A stretch of 64,000 bases of DNA from Lysobacterales bacterium (GTDB taxonomy: Bacteria; Pseudomonadota; Gammaproteobacteria; Xanthomonadales; SZUA-36). The notes under the pieces were generated by a model. The model searched no databases and had not been told where the DNA came from. It saw only the letters and a program-made list of their open reading frames with translations. Made by a program: the position numbers and the translations under genes. This document shows, piece by piece, positions 26,774 through 37,421 of the stretch; position 1 is the first letter of the stretch, and each line of letters starts with the position of its first letter. Location of the stretch: the NCBI GenBank assembly GCA_029859645.1, contig JAOUCS010000007.1, positions 1,740-65,739 of the forward strand. Reading direction: 5' to 3'.

Positions 26774-27901
26774 TCAGCCTATAAGTTCTAGCGGCAATGA
26801 TAGCGTAAATGTACTGCCTCCCTGCGTCGATTCTGCAAAAGTCAAGCTGCCGCCATGGGCGCCTGCAATGGTTTTGCAAATGGACAGGCCCAGTCCAACA
26901 CCCTTGGGCTTGGTCGTGAAGAAAGATTCAAACAGCTGCTTACGAAATTCCTCCCGCACGCCTGGACCATTATCTGAAACGGAAATCGTCACGTCGGAAG
27001 GCCGCTTCATGACGCGAATTTCTATCCGGCCATCGGGCGAGCCCGCCTCTGAAATGGCGTCAATGCTGTTCTTGATCAGATTGACTATGATCTGCTGAAT
27101 GTGAATTTCATCAACATACAATTCGCCGGCGGTTTCAAGTGGGTAAAAACTCAGCTCAATATTGCTTTTTTTTACTTCATATTCAAATAGTAATAGAGTA
27201 TTTTTTATTATTTGGTTTATGTCATGTTGACCTTTACTTACGGTGCCGCTGCGGACCAGCTTACGCAATCGCTGAACGACCGCTGCGGCCCGCCGGGACT
27301 GCTCGGCAATTCGTTCACAAATCGAATCTATCTCGCTGGTGGCATCGGCAGGATTTCGGTTGATCATCCGCTTCCCGGCATCTGCATAGGCCGCAATGGC
27401 CGTCAGCGGCTGATTGATTTCATGTGCTATACCGGCCGTCAATTCTCCGAGAATAACAAGGCGATCGGCGTGCAATAGTTGTTCTTCGAGTTCGCGCACT
27501 TTCTCGCGGCTGGCCTGGACATCACTCAGGTCCCTGATAATGCCAACATATCGCCTCGCCTTTTGCCTCGTGGTTTCACCCACCGACAGGAACATCGGGA
27601 AAGTATCCCCATTCTTTTTCAAGCCGGTTACTTCCCGGCCCCCTCCAATGATCGAGCGCTTGCCTGTCCGCATGTACCGACTGAGGTAGGCGTCATGATT
27701 TCCACGATCCGGTTCCGGCATCAGTTGCTTTATGTTCCCTCCGGAGATTTCCGTCTCGGTGTAGCCGAATATCCGTTCCGCCGCCTGGTTGAAGCGCAAT
27801 ACAGTGCCGACCTCGTCAATAATGATGATGCCATCTACTGCTGCTTCAAGCAGCGCATCGAACGCATTGCCGGCTTCCCGCGTACCTTCTTTGGCGGTCA
27901 C
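26774..27901 (-). CDS. fixL: Heme-PAS oxygen-sensor histidine kinase FixL
   Basis: The PAS core LMPEPDRGNHDAYLSRYMRTGKRSIIGGGREVTGLKKNGDTFPMFLSVGE closely parallels the rhizobial FixL heme pocket. It also has the H-box AHEINQPL and an HATPase domain. The ORF is open to 28066. I prefer the GTG at 27901, which overlaps the ygfX stop as GTGA. Confidence 0.85.
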   Translation of the reverse strand: MTAKEGTREAGNAFDALLEAAVDGIIIIDEVGTVLRFNQAAERIFGYTETEISGGNIKQLMPEPDRGNHDAYLSRYMRTGKRSIIGGGREVTGLKKNGDTFPMFLSVGETTRQKARRYVGIIRDLSDVQASREKVRELEEQLLHADRLVILGELTAGIAHEINQPLTAIAAYADAGKRMINRNPADATSEIDSICERIAEQSRRAAAVVQRLRKLVRSGTVSKGQHDINQIIKNTLLLFEYEVKKSNIELSFYPLETAGELYVDEIHIQQIIVNLIKNSIDAISEAGSPDGRIEIRVMKRPSDVTISVSDNGPGVREEFRKQLFESFFTTKPKGVGLGLSICKTIAGAHGGSLTFAESTQGGSTFTLSLPLELIG

Positions 27902-28350
27902 CAGATCATCCTTTGGGCCTGTGAAGAAGGAGTTCTCATTTGCAGAAATACCAATAGTCTCCGGTACTCGTCGGGATCGTTCGCAGATGCGAAAATGACG
28001 AAAAACTGTTTTCCATTTTGTTTCGCAGGATGGACGGCCAGGGAACAGAGCCAACGGCTGACCCATTGATTTCGGGTCAATGTTCCGAAAATCCGGTTGT
28101 TGCCGTCGGCAAAAAACAGGGTCGTGCCGTCACGGAAGACGCGGACGCGGCCTGTCGTCCGGCGATCCTTGACCCGTTTTGTGGTCAGGATGGCTGCACA
28201 GGCGAGCAGGCAGATTAAAACGAACTTCCAGATCCAGCCAGCGGGTGAGATCAGGATGGCCAGAACTCCCAGGCCTGAGGCCAGGGCATGCAGCCACCAG
28301 CCCCATTGTGTCATGCCGGCACGAAGTTCGAGATAGTCAGCCCGGGCCAC
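27898..28350 (-). CDS. ygfX: YgfX/CptA-like inner-membrane protein
   Basis: 150 aa with two N-terminal TM helices. It lies directly downstream of and overlapping sdhE, as in E. coli ygfY-ygfX. Confidence 0.65.
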   Translation of the reverse strand: MARADYLELRAGMTQWGWWLHALASGLGVLAILISPAGWIWKFVLICLLACAAILTTKRVKDRRTTGRVRVFRDGTTLFFADGNNRIFGTLTRNQWVSRWLCSLAVHPAKQNGKQFFVIFASANDPDEYRRLLVFLQMRTPSSQAQRMIW

Positions 28351-28582
28351 TGCTGATCCTCATCACAAGTTTCCAATACCGTTCATCCGCCTCTGCCGGA
28401 TGCTGAAACCAGTCCCACAATTGATCGTCTTCGCAGGCCAGCATCGCCTCAAATTCCGGCCACGAACCCGCGCTTAAAGAGAACTCATTTTCAAGGATGA
28501 ATCGCTCCAGCAGGATGTCCAGTTCTTTCATGCCGCGACGGCAAAGCCATTTCAACTTGCTGACGCGTTCAAATCCTGCCAT
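28337..28582 (-). CDS. sdhE: FAD assembly factor SdhE (YgfY)
   Basis: KWLCRRGMKELDILLERF...DDQLWDW is the SdhE family signature. I prefer the start at MAGFERV. Confidence 0.85.
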   Translation of the reverse strand: MAGFERVSKLKWLCRRGMKELDILLERFILENEFSLSAGSWPEFEAMLACEDDQLWDWFQHPAEADERYWKLVMRISSGPG

Positions 28583-28596
28583 AACCCCGGGCCGGC

Positions 28597-29382
28597 TCAG
28601 ATTCCCCTGCGGGTCATCAGCATCTTTTTCGTTTCGGCAATGGCCTTGGCAGGGTTGAGACCCTTGGGACAGGTCTTGGTGCAGTTCATGATCGTGTGAC
28701 ATCGATACAGGCGGAACGGATCTTCCAGGTCATCGAGCCGTTCACCGGTTGCTTCGTCCCGGGAATCCGCCAGCCACCGATAAGCCTGCAGCAGAATGGC
28801 CGGACCCAGGTAGCGGTCGCCGTTCCACCAGTAACTGGGACAGGACGTTGAGCAACAGGCGCAAAGGATGCACTCATACAGACCGTCAAGCTTTTCCCGG
28901 TCCTGTTTGGATTGCAGCCGTTCGCGATCCGGCGGTGTGGTGCTTTGGGTGCGAATCCACGGCTTGATCGTGGCGTATTGTGCGTAAAAGTGAGACAGGT
29001 CGGGGACAATGTCCTTGACCACCGGCAAATGTGGCAAGGGATTGATTTTCACATCACCCCTGATCTCGGCAATCGGCTTGGTGCAGGCCAGTGTATTGGT
29101 GCCATCAATATTCATTGCACAGGACCCACAAATGCCTTCGCGACAGGAGCGCCGGAACGTCAGCGTGGGGTCAATCTCATTCTTGATCTTGATGATCGCG
29201 TCCAGGACCATGGGGCCACAGCTGTCCAGGTCAACCTCGAAAAGGTCGATGGTCGGATTACTGTCATCATCCGGACTCCATCGATACACGCGGAACACCT
29301 TGACATTGGTCGCCCCGGCGGGCGCCTTGAAAGTCTTCCCTTTGCCGATTCTCGAATGCCTGGGTAGTTGAAATTCAGCCAT
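28597..29382 (-). CDS. sdhB: Succinate dehydrogenase iron-sulfur subunit
   Basis: 2Fe-2S motif [11 protein letters not shown], with the 4Fe-4S/3Fe-4S motifs [12 protein letters not shown] and [12 protein letters not shown]. Confidence 0.95.
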   Translation of the reverse strand: MAEFQLPRHSRIGKGKTFKAPAGATNVKVFRVYRWSPDDDSNPTIDLFEVDLDSCGPMVLDAIIKIKNEIDPTLTFRRSCREGICGSCAMNIDGTNTLACTKPIAEIRGDVKINPLPHLPVVKDIVPDLSHFYAQYATIKPWIRTQSTTPPDRERLQSKQDREKLDGLYECILCACCSTSCPSYWWNGDRYLGPAILLQAYRWLADSRDEATGERLDDLEDPFRLYRCHTIMNCTKTCPKGLNPAKAIAETKKMLMTRRGI

Positions 29383-29383
29383 G

Positions 29384-31177
29384 TCAGTAAACCCTCGCCT
29401 TGGGTGGGACAACCTCGACATCGTCCGTAAGCGTGTACATATGCACCGGTCGGTAATCCAGCGTTACATTGCCTGCCTGGTCCATCCAGGACAACGTGTG
29501 CTTGTGCCAGTTTTCATCGTCGCGGTCGGGATAGTCCTCGCGCGCATGCGCCCCGCGGCTTTCCTTGCGGTTTTCAGCCGATTTCATGGTCGCGACCGCG
29601 CAACCCAGCAGGTTTCTGAGTTCCAGCGTTTCCACCAGGTCAGAGTTCCAGATCAAGGAGCGATCGGTGACCCCAACCTGCGTAAAGTCGCCATAAACCC
29701 CGCTGATCAACTGGCTGCCCTCTTCGAGCACCTCGCCGGTCCGAAATACCGCTGCGTTGTTCTGCATCACTGACTGCATTTCGCTGCGGATATCTGCGGT
29801 GCTGTTCGGTCCGTCCGCGTACCGCAGGCCATCGAAATCGCTAATCAGTGCGTCAATAACCGGTTGCGGCAATTCCGGATGCCGGGCGCCCGGCTCAATG
29901 ACTTCGGAACACTTCTGGGCAACGGCCCTGCCAAATACGATCAGGTCCAGCAGCGAATTCGAACCGAGACGATTGGCGCCATGAACCGAAACACAGGCAG
30001 CTTCACCAATGGCGAACAACCCGGGAACCACCGTATCAGGGTCGCCGTCCTCTAGAGTCACAACTTCACCCATGTAATTGGTAGGAATTCCGCCCATGTT
30101 GTAGTGCACGGTCGGAAGAACCGGGATGGGTTCGGTCGTCGTATCCACTCCTGCGAAAATTTTTGCGCTCTCGGAGATACCGGGCAACCGCTCATTGATC
30201 ACATCCGCGCCCAGGTGCTGAAGGTTCAGGAAAATATGATCCTTTTTCGGTCCAACCCCCCTGCCCTCGCGGATCTCGATGGTCATGGAACGACTGACGA
30301 CATCGCGTGACGCCAGGTCCTTGGCATTTGGCGCGTAGCGCTCCATGAAGCGTTCGCCTTCGGAATTGGTCAGGAAGCCGCCCTCGCCACGCACGCCCTC
30401 GGTAATCAGGCACCCTGCCCCATAGATTCCGGTGGGGTGAAACTGCACGAACTCCATGTCCTGCAGAGGCAAGCCCGCTCGCAACACCATGCCGTTTCCG
30501 TCACCGGTACAGGTATGGGCGGAAGTCGCGGAAAAATAGCTGCGTCCGTAGCCGCCGGTCGCCAGGATCACCGCGTGAGCCCGGAACAGGTGCATCGTGC
30601 CCTCCGCAAGGTCCCAGGCCAGTACGCCGCGACAGGCCCCTGACTCGTCCATCAACAGGTCAATCGCAAAATACTCAATATAGAAAGTGGCGTCATGCTT
30701 CAGCGACTGCTGGTACAGAGTGTGCAATATGGCATGACCGGTGCGGTCAGCAGCGGCACAGGTGCGCTGAGCCGTGCCTTCGCCGTAATGAGTGGTCATG
30801 CCGCCGAATGGACGCTGATAAATGCGCCCGTCATCCGTTCGTGAAAAAGGCACCCCGAAGTGTTCCAGTTCGATCACCGAGGGAACTGCTTCCCTGCACA
30901 TATATTCGATGGCGTCCTGATCTCCCAGCCAGTCGGATCCCTTGATGGTGTCGTACATGTGCCAGCGCCAGTCATCCTCGCCCATGTTCCCCAGGGCTGC
31001 GGACATGCCACCCTGAGCGGCCACGGTATGGCTGCGGGTGGGAAAAACCTTGGTGATGCAGGCGGTAGACAGTCCCTTGGCTGCTACGCCCATGGTAGCC
31101 CTTAGCCCGGCGCCGCCTGCACCCACGACAACGACGTCATATTTGTGTTCCTGCAGTTGGTAGGAATTACTCATCAA
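29384..31177 (-). CDS. sdhA: Succinate dehydrogenase flavoprotein subunit
   Basis: [14 protein letters not shown] motif, the [10 protein letters not shown] region with the histidyl-FAD site, and a full-length 597 aa. Confidence 0.96.
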   Translation of the reverse strand: MMSNSYQLQEHKYDVVVVGAGGAGLRATMGVAAKGLSTACITKVFPTRSHTVAAQGGMSAALGNMGEDDWRWHMYDTIKGSDWLGDQDAIEYMCREAVPSVIELEHFGVPFSRTDDGRIYQRPFGGMTTHYGEGTAQRTCAAADRTGHAILHTLYQQSLKHDATFYIEYFAIDLLMDESGACRGVLAWDLAEGTMHLFRAHAVILATGGYGRSYFSATSAHTCTGDGNGMVLRAGLPLQDMEFVQFHPTGIYGAGCLITEGVRGEGGFLTNSEGERFMERYAPNAKDLASRDVVSRSMTIEIREGRGVGPKKDHIFLNLQHLGADVINERLPGISESAKIFAGVDTTTEPIPVLPTVHYNMGGIPTNYMGEVVTLEDGDPDTVVPGLFAIGEAACVSVHGANRLGSNSLLDLIVFGRAVAQKCSEVIEPGARHPELPQPVIDALISDFDGLRYADGPNSTADIRSEMQSVMQNNAAVFRTGEVLEEGSQLISGVYGDFTQVGVTDRSLIWNSDLVETLELRNLLGCAVATMKSAENRKESRGAHAREDYPDRDDENWHKHTLSWMDQAGNVTLDYRPVHMYTLTDDVEVVPPKARVY

Positions 31178-31558
31178 TCAGGCTCCCAGCGCCAGTTTCA
31201 GGACATGAATGATCCCCAGTGCCATGCCGAAAAACGCGCCGGCCCTGGAGAGAAAATAAAATGCAACTTCGAGCACCGGGTGGTGGACATAGTCTTCGAT
31301 AACTACCTGCAAGCCCAGCATCGCGTGATACAGCAGCGTCACGATCAGCAGGCTGCAGAAAGCGGCATTGACAGGTTGTGCAATGAAGGCCCGCGCCGTT
31401 GGGTAATCAACGCCGGAAAGACTGAAGATGGCAAATATCAGCCAGCCTACCAAAACGATCAGCAACAGCGCCGAGGCCCGCTGCGCATACCAGTGGTGCA
31501 CGCCTTCTTTGGCGCTGCCCATGCCACGTGCCCTGGCCAGGGGGTTTGTCATGCTCAT
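31178..31558 (-). CDS. sdhD: Succinate dehydrogenase membrane anchor subunit
   Basis: 126 aa with 3 TM helices. Its ATG overlaps the sdhC stop (ATGA). Confidence 0.85.
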   Translation of the reverse strand: MSMTNPLARARGMGSAKEGVHHWYAQRASALLLIVLVGWLIFAIFSLSGVDYPTARAFIAQPVNAAFCSLLIVTLLYHAMLGLQVVIEDYVHHPVLEVAFYFLSRAGAFFGMALGIIHVLKLALGA

Positions 31559-31941
31559 AGCAGCGCTCCCGATAGCAGGATGGTCAGTACCAGGCTGCCG
31601 GCGAGTACCACCCAGCCAAGTGCGTAAGCCTTCTCGATTTCCAGCGCCGTGCCTGTATCCCAGACGAGATGGCGTATACCATTGAGAAAGTGAAAACTCA
31701 GGCAGAATACCGAGGCAATAATCACCAGGCTTCCAAGCCAGCCACCGAGGCTGGTCTGCATGGCCATGTACGCGTCCGGACCGCTGCTTACCGCGATCAG
31801 CCACCACAAAAGCAACGGCGCCCCGACGACACTCAGGAACACGCCGGTGGCCCGGTGTGTAATTGACATCAGCGAGGTCAGTTGGGGTTTGTAATAGGGC
31901 CCGATCATGAACGGGGAGAGAGGTCTCTGCTTTTGTTTCAT
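31555..31941 (-). CDS. sdhC: Succinate dehydrogenase cytochrome b556 subunit
   Basis: MKQKQRPLSPFM..SITHRATG is the typical SdhC N-terminus. Confidence 0.85.
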   Translation of the reverse strand: MKQKQRPLSPFMIGPYYKPQLTSLMSITHRATGVFLSVVGAPLLLWWLIAVSSGPDAYMAMQTSLGGWLGSLVIIASVFCLSFHFLNGIRHLVWDTGTALEIEKAYALGWVVLAGSLVLTILLSGALL

Positions 31942-32039
31942 GGGCGTCTCTTGCGAACGAGTCAACTCAGAAAGACTACTGACTCGGCCCCGGTTATTCA
32001 AGGCAAAAAAGAGTTCGTATACTAATACTTTTATATACA

Positions 32040-32888
32040 ATGCCCTTCTCTGATTCAGGTCAGGAGCAAACACCCCGGAAATTGACCATGGAAGCACTCA
32101 AATACTTGAAAACTGCGCGCTTTAGCGGCGCTGACGCTGAGAGCTTTTTGCAGGCACAGTTGAGCGCCGATATCGCTGCTTTGAAACCGGGCGACTCGAC
32201 CTTTGCCTGTTACTGTTCTCCCCGGGGGCAGGTTTATGGGCTGTTGCTTGTTTGCAGAACCGAACGGGACTACCTGGTCATTGGCGCCGCGGAGTTGTTG
32301 CCGGCGATGCTGCAACGCCTGCGCATGTTCGTGTTTCGCACACGGGTACAATTTGAACTCGACGAAGCGCTGGTGATTTATGGCGTTCAGCACCATGAAC
32401 CGTCCATGAAAAACCGGTTGTTTTCTCCCGGAGACTTTGGATTGCATTACCTGGTCACCGACAGTGACTTGAAAGCCCAGGAGCCGGTGCCCGGTTTCAG
32501 AGCACAGGAAATCAGTGCCCAGGTCGTATGGCTGGATTCTGCGACAACCGAGAAATTCATTCCTCAGATGCTGGGTTTTGATCAGTTGGGCGCAGTCAGT
32601 TTTACCAAGGGTTGCTATCCCGGCCAGGAAATCGTGGCGCGTGCCCGCTACCTGGGGAAAGTCAAGCGTAAACCGCTGGTCCTTGTCGTTGAACAGCCTG
32701 TGAGCATCGAAACCGCCCAGCGGATTGAACTGGCCCGTGGGGATCAATGGCTGAAGGGAACCATCGTAGACGCGGTGAGCGAGCAGGACAGCCGGACGTA
32801 CCTGTTCGTGATTGCTCCGGCTGAACCGGACGATCCGGTTTCACAAATCAGGCTCGGACAACAGGTTTACCGCTGCGCAACGACGTAG
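32040..32888 (+). CDS. ygfZ: Folate-binding Fe-S cluster repair / tRNA-modification protein YgfZ
   Basis: KGCYPGQEIVARARYLGKVKR signature. Divergent from the sdh operon. An alternative start lies at 32088. Confidence 0.85.
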   Translation: MPFSDSGQEQTPRKLTMEALKYLKTARFSGADAESFLQAQLSADIAALKPGDSTFACYCSPRGQVYGLLLVCRTERDYLVIGAAELLPAMLQRLRMFVFRTRVQFELDEALVIYGVQHHEPSMKNRLFSPGDFGLHYLVTDSDLKAQEPVPGFRAQEISAQVVWLDSATTEKFIPQMLGFDQLGAVSFTKGCYPGQEIVARARYLGKVKRKPLVLVVEQPVSIETAQRIELARGDQWLKGTIVDAVSEQDSRTYLFVIAPAEPDDPVSQIRLGQQVYRCATT

Positions 32889-33679
32889 CAGACCCATCCC
32901 GGGTCAGCGTCTCCTACTTCAGCCGGTTCGTAGATACCGTTGCCTTCGTTGCTTTCCTGGTCCGTACCCTCCCAGTACACCGTGATTTCACTGAATCCGG
33001 CCTCGGCCAGCATTTCTCGAATCTCCGGCAAGGTCCACAGGCGCCAGTAGTAACTGAACGCCCTGTCCATTCGCGACCGGTCGGGAAATTCAAAATGGAT
33101 ATGGCAGGCCATGGTGGAATCGATCGGATTGAACGAGGCCTGCTCCCAGATATAGGTGAAGCCCTCACATTCACGCTCCTCTTTGATTTCCCGGGGCGCA
33201 TCGTAACCACCATATGCATCCAGGAACAGGATGCCGTCATCCATCAGCCCGGCATACACGCAATGGAAATACTCCAGCAGTTCCTCCCTCGTCAGGAACA
33301 GGTAGTAGCTGAAATTCATTGCCAATACGATGTCAGCCAGGCCCGGATCAGTGTCGAGCACGTTTTCGTGCAGGAGCTGAATTCGTGATTGCTGTTCTTC
33401 AGTCAGTTGAGACAGGTTATTCAGTTCACCCCATTGCAGGACTTCCTCGTCCAGGTCAACCCCGATCGCGTAATGACCAGCTCCACGCCTGACCCACTCG
33501 CAGGCGGTATTGGCGGTTCCACAAAAATCCTCCCGCAGTAACTCGGGGGGACGGTTGCGAAGCGCCTGCCAGGTTTCCTCTACAAAATCGATTTCCGTTT
33601 CGGTGTCCTGCACGGATTCCTGGTATAACTGGTGGCGGTCTGCCTGGTTGGCGAGGCGGTTTCTCCGGAGACGAACCAT
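32867..33679 (-). CDS. Class I SAM-dependent methyltransferase
   Basis: Rossmann methyltransferase layout (DFCGTAN, VLAMNFSYYLF). Specificity unknown. Confidence 0.65.
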   Translation of the reverse strand: MVRLRRNRLANQADRHQLYQESVQDTETEIDFVEETWQALRNRPPELLREDFCGTANTACEWVRRGAGHYAIGVDLDEEVLQWGELNNLSQLTEEQQSRIQLLHENVLDTDPGLADIVLAMNFSYYLFLTREELLEYFHCVYAGLMDDGILFLDAYGGYDAPREIKEERECEGFTYIWEQASFNPIDSTMACHIHFEFPDRSRMDRAFSYYWRLWTLPEIREMLAEAGFSEITVYWEGTDQESNEGNGIYEPAEVGDADPGWVCYVVAQR

Positions 33680-33682
33680 GAC

Positions 33683-34933
33683 TCAGGACGAGGAGTCCTT
33701 GATACGCGCCGGGTAGTTGGTCTGCACATACTGTTCGATCAGTTCGAGAAACTCGCCCGCCACTCCTTCGCCACGCAACGTCAAGTGTTTTTCCCCATTA
33801 ATGAAAACCGGCGCGGACGGCGCCTCTCCGGTTCCAGGCAAGCTGATACCGATATCTGCGTGCCGGCTCTCACCCGGACCGTTGACGATACAACCCATGA
33901 CGGCCAGCGACAGGTTCTCCACTCCTTCGTACTGCAGTTTCCATTCCGGCATCCGGCCCCGCACGAACTCCTGCACATCCTGCGCGAGCGACTGGAAAAA
34001 AGTACTGGTGGTGCGCCCACAACCGGGACAGGCCGTCACCATGGGGGTAAAGGCTCTCAACCCCATGCTTTGTAACAATTCCTGCGCGACGATGACCTCG
34101 TCATTCCGCGACTGCCCCGGTTCAGGCGTCAGCGAGACGCGGACAGTATCCCCGATGCCCCGCTGCAGCAAGACTGCCATCGCTGCCGTCGAGGACACGA
34201 TGCCTTTGCTGCCCATGCCGGCCTCGGTCAATCCCAGGTGCAAGGGATAGTCACAACGGTCAGCCAGCGCCTGGTAAACGCTGATCAGGTCCTGTACGTC
34301 ACTGACCTTGCAGGACAGGATTATCCGGTTATGCGGTAATCCCAGGCTTTCAGCCTGCCCGGCACTTTCGACCGCCGACGAGATTAGTGCTTCGCGCATC
34401 ACGACCGCCGCATCCAGCGGTTCGCTCAGGGCTGCGTTTTCATCCATCAGGCGGGCCAGTAAACGGGCGTCAAGGCTGCCCCAGTTAACGCCAATCCGCA
34501 CCGGCTTGTCGTATTCGATGGCTTGCTCAATGATGGTGGCGAACTGGTCATCCCTTTTTCTGCCAAAGCCGACATTTCCCGGATTGATCCGGTACTTGGC
34601 CAGGATGGCGGCACATTCGGGTACTTCCTTCAGTAACTGGTGGCCGTTGTAATGGAAATCGCCAATCAACGGGACCTCACAGGACATCATGTCCAGTCGC
34701 CTCTGGATTTCCGGAACCGCTGCTGCTGCCTCCAGTGTGTTCACGGTAATCCTTACCAACTCGGAACCGGCTCGCGCCAGTTCTGCGACCTGCTGTGCCG
34801 TGGATTTTGCATCCGCAGTGTCGGTATTGGTCATCGACTGCACAACGATGGGGTGTTCGCTGCCTACATTGACAGGACCGATTGTGACCGTGGGAGTTTT
34901 TCGCCGCATCCCGGCCCGCGCGTTCTCAGTCAT
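33683..34933 (-). CDS. ispG: 4-hydroxy-3-methylbut-2-enyl diphosphate synthase (flavodoxin)
   Basis: [19 protein letters not shown] and CPGCGRT motifs. Confidence 0.95.
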   Translation of the reverse strand: MTENARAGMRRKTPTVTIGPVNVGSEHPIVVQSMTNTDTADAKSTAQQVAELARAGSELVRITVNTLEAAAAVPEIQRRLDMMSCEVPLIGDFHYNGHQLLKEVPECAAILAKYRINPGNVGFGRKRDDQFATIIEQAIEYDKPVRIGVNWGSLDARLLARLMDENAALSEPLDAAVVMREALISSAVESAGQAESLGLPHNRIILSCKVSDVQDLISVYQALADRCDYPLHLGLTEAGMGSKGIVSSTAAMAVLLQRGIGDTVRVSLTPEPGQSRNDEVIVAQELLQSMGLRAFTPMVTACPGCGRTTSTFFQSLAQDVQEFVRGRMPEWKLQYEGVENLSLAVMGCIVNGPGESRHADIGISLPGTGEAPSAPVFINGEKHLTLRGEGVAGEFLELIEQYVQTNYPARIKDSSS

Positions 34934-35535
34934 TTTTCATCTTCGGGAAGATTGCCGTCCGCCCTGTGGTGACGCATGTCGCTGATGACCGGCCAGGCCG
35001 ACTGGAGATAGGTCCACATCGACCACAAGGTAAGTGCTGCAGCCGTGTAGAGCAGAATTTCGCCAATCAGGGCAATTGGTATCCAGCCCATGTTGTCGCG
35101 ATAGAGCAGAAAACCGATTGCGGTCATTTGAAAACCGGTTTTCAGTTTACCTACCCAACTGACGTTGACCAGGGCCCGTTCCCCGACTTCTGACATCCAT
35201 TCGCGCAGCGCGGAAATGGTGATTTCCCGACCAATAATAATGGCGGCTGCTATTGCGAACACGGCCTGGTAGGTTTCCTGCCTCTGAACCAGCAGGACCA
35301 GCGCGGTTGAAACCATGATCTTGTCAGCCACCGGGTCCAGGAAGGCGCCGAAACTGGAGGTCTGCCCTGTTTTGCGCGCAATGTAGCCGTCTGCGATATC
35401 AGTGACTGCAGCCAGAACAAAGGTGATCACGCAGGCCATGTTGGACCAGTGGTACGGCAAGTAGAAAAAAACCACAAGGACCGGCACAAGGGCGATGCGC
35501 AGCAAGGTAAGCATGGTCGGGACGGTCATCTGCAT
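34930..35535 (-). CDS. pgsA: CDP-diacylglycerol--glycerol-3-phosphate 3-phosphatidyltransferase
   Basis: The CDP-alcohol phosphatidyltransferase motif [16 protein letters not shown] prefer the start at MQMTVPT; the ORF is open to 35895. Confidence 0.9.
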   Translation of the reverse strand: MQMTVPTMLTLLRIALVPVLVVFFYLPYHWSNMACVITFVLAAVTDIADGYIARKTGQTSSFGAFLDPVADKIMVSTALVLLVQRQETYQAVFAIAAAIIIGREITISALREWMSEVGERALVNVSWVGKLKTGFQMTAIGFLLYRDNMGWIPIALIGEILLYTAAALTLWSMWTYLQSAWPVISDMRHHRADGNLPEDEK

Positions 35536-35588
35536 GGTGGGTTTTCTACTTGGTCTAAATGCATTGTCATTATCGCAGACATCGGGAG

Positions 35589-37421
35589 TCAGTGCAGTGC
35601 CCTGTAGATCTGATTTGCAAGATTCTTGCTGATACCGGGCACGCTGGACAATTCTTCTACTCCGGCTTTCATAACCCCCTGCAGCCCGCCAAAATGCGTC
35701 AGCAAAGCTCTGCGCCGCCCGGCTCCGATGCCCGGGATATTCTCCAGCCTGGACTTGGTCGCTGCTTTCTGGCGCTGCCCCCGGTGACCGGTGATTGCGA
35801 ACCGGTGTGCTTCGTCCCGGATCTGTTGCACCAGGTGCGAGGCCGGCGATTCCGGGCCTGGCCTCAGGCTGCGGGCGGGCGATGCGGTTATCCACTCCTC
35901 GTGCCCGGCTCTCCTCGAGCGGCCCTTGGCAATCCCAACGATCGGGATGCCGTTCAGACCAAATTCGGCGAGCACGTCCATGGCCTGGTTCAGCTGGCCT
36001 TTGCCGCCATCAATGATCAGCAGGTCAGGCAGCATGCCATCTTCCGCCTGGATGCGTCCGTAACGCCGGGTCAGCACCTGGTGCATCGCCGCGTAGTCGT
36101 CGCCCGGCGTAATGCCCTTGAGGTTATACCTCCGGTAACGGGATTTCACCGCACCACCGGCGTCGAACACAACGCAGGCTCCTACCGTCTGGTTGCCGGC
36201 GGTGTGTGAGATATCGAAACACTCCACCGAGGCGGGGACATCTTCCAGGCCAAGCTCATTTTGCAGAGATTCGAACTGGGCGGACACATTAGCCTTGCCG
36301 GCCAGACGCATTTGCAACGCCTGGTGGGCATTACGCTGGGCGGACTCAAGCATCTTTTTTCGCTGACCCCTGGGCCGTGACTGAATCCTGACCTTGTGCC
36401 CTGTTGCCTCTGAAAACACTTCCGCCAGCAGCGCCTCGTCGTCCAGCGTTTCCGAGATCACGATATCCGACGGCGGGCTTCGTTTGCGATAGTACTGACC
36501 CAGGAAGGCTTCCAGGACTTTAGCGCCGGAATGGCCCTCTGTCTGGCTTGGAAAGAAATTCCTCTGCCCCAGGTTACGGCCACCTCTCACGGAAACCATT
36601 TGAACACAGGCCTGCGACATCTCCTGGTGCAATGCGATGAAATCAATATCCAGTTGCCTGCCGGAAATAAACTGCTGCGCCTGCATTTGCTTCAGGGCGT
36701 TGATCTGGTCGCGGTACATGGCCGCAGTTTCGAACTCCAGGTCAGCCGCTGCCTGCTCCATGCGGGCGATCATGCGAGTCATGACTTTCTGGTTCCTGCC
36801 CCGCAAAAACAACATGGCATCCTGTACTTGTTCGTCGTAGTCCTTTCTGAGCACCAGGCCGACACAGGGGGCTGTGCATCTGCGGATCTGGTACTGCAGG
36901 CAAGGCCGGTTTCGATGTGCAAAGTAGCTGTCCTCGCAATTTCTGATACGGAACAGTTTCTGAATCAGGTTGATGCTTTCCCGGACCGAGGAAGCCGAGG
37001 GAAACGGGCCGAAATAGGTTTTGGCCTTTTCCTGTGCGCCACGATGAAACGCAATTCGGGGGAATTCATGATCCGTGTTGAACACAATCAGCGGGTAAGA
37101 CTTGTCGTCCCGCAACAGCACGTTGTAGCGCGGCATGAGTGATTTTATCCACTCGTTTTCCAGCAACAGGGCCTCGCCTTCGGTTCGCGTCAGACTGACC
37201 TCGATCTGCCTGATCCGCGCGACCATCCGCATGATCCTGTCCCCTTTCGGACGGGCATCAAAATAGCTGCTGACCCGCTTACGCAAATTCTTCGCTTTGC
37301 CCACGTACAGTGGCGTATCATCGGCGTCCTTCATCAGGTAGATGCCGGGGCGCGTGGGCAGCCTGGACGCAACCGCCTTGCCGTCAAACGTTTGTTTGCC
37401 TGCTGCCATGCCAGCTGTCAA
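35589..37421 (-). CDS. uvrC: Excinuclease ABC subunit C
   Basis: GIY-YIG N-terminus (GIYLMKD..LYVGKAKNLRKRV), UvrBC domain and C-terminal HhH. Confidence 0.95.
   Translation of the reverse strand: MTAGMAAGKQTFDGKAVASRLPTRPGIYLMKDADDTPLYVGKAKNLRKRVSSYFDARPKGDRIMRMVARIRQIEVSLTRTEGEALLLENEWIKSLMPRYNVLLRDDKSYPLIVFNTDHEFPRIAFHRGAQEKAKTYFGPFPSASSVRESINLIQKLFRIRNCEDSYFAHRNRPCLQYQIRRCTAPCVGLVLRKDYDEQVQDAMLFLRGRNQKVMTRMIARMEQAAADLEFETAAMYRDQINALKQMQAQQFISGRQLDIDFIALHQEMSQACVQMVSVRGGRNLGQRNFFPSQTEGHSGAKVLEAFLGQYYRKRSPPSDIVISETLDDEALLAEVFSEATGHKVRIQSRPRGQRKKMLESAQRNAHQALQMRLAGKANVSAQFESLQNELGLEDVPASVECFDISHTAGNQTVGACVVFDAGGAVKSRYRRYNLKGITPGDDYAAMHQVLTRRYGRIQAEDGMLPDLLIIDGGKGQLNQAMDVLAEFGLNGIPIVGIAKGRSRRAGHEEWITASPARSLRPGPESPASHLVQQIRDEAHRFAITGHRGQRQKAATKSRLENIPGIGAGRRRALLTHFGGLQGVMKAGVEELSSVPGISKNLANQIYRALH

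Noticed and set aside
27130-27235. Strikingly AT-rich patch inside an otherwise GC-rich region
   Set aside because: It lies within the fixL kinase domain and translates cleanly on the minus strand (..HDINQIIKNTLLLFEYEVKKSNIELSFYP..). The composition follows from Lys/Asn/Ile/Phe/Tyr-rich sequence, and there is no sign of an insertion.
28066-28066. ATG at 28066 as the fixL start (longest ORF)
   Set aside because: It would overlap ygfX by 169 nt in another frame, and it would add an N-terminal extension with no PAS or TM features. The GTG at 27901, which overlaps the ygfX stop, fits the compact coupling seen throughout this gene array. This remains unproven.
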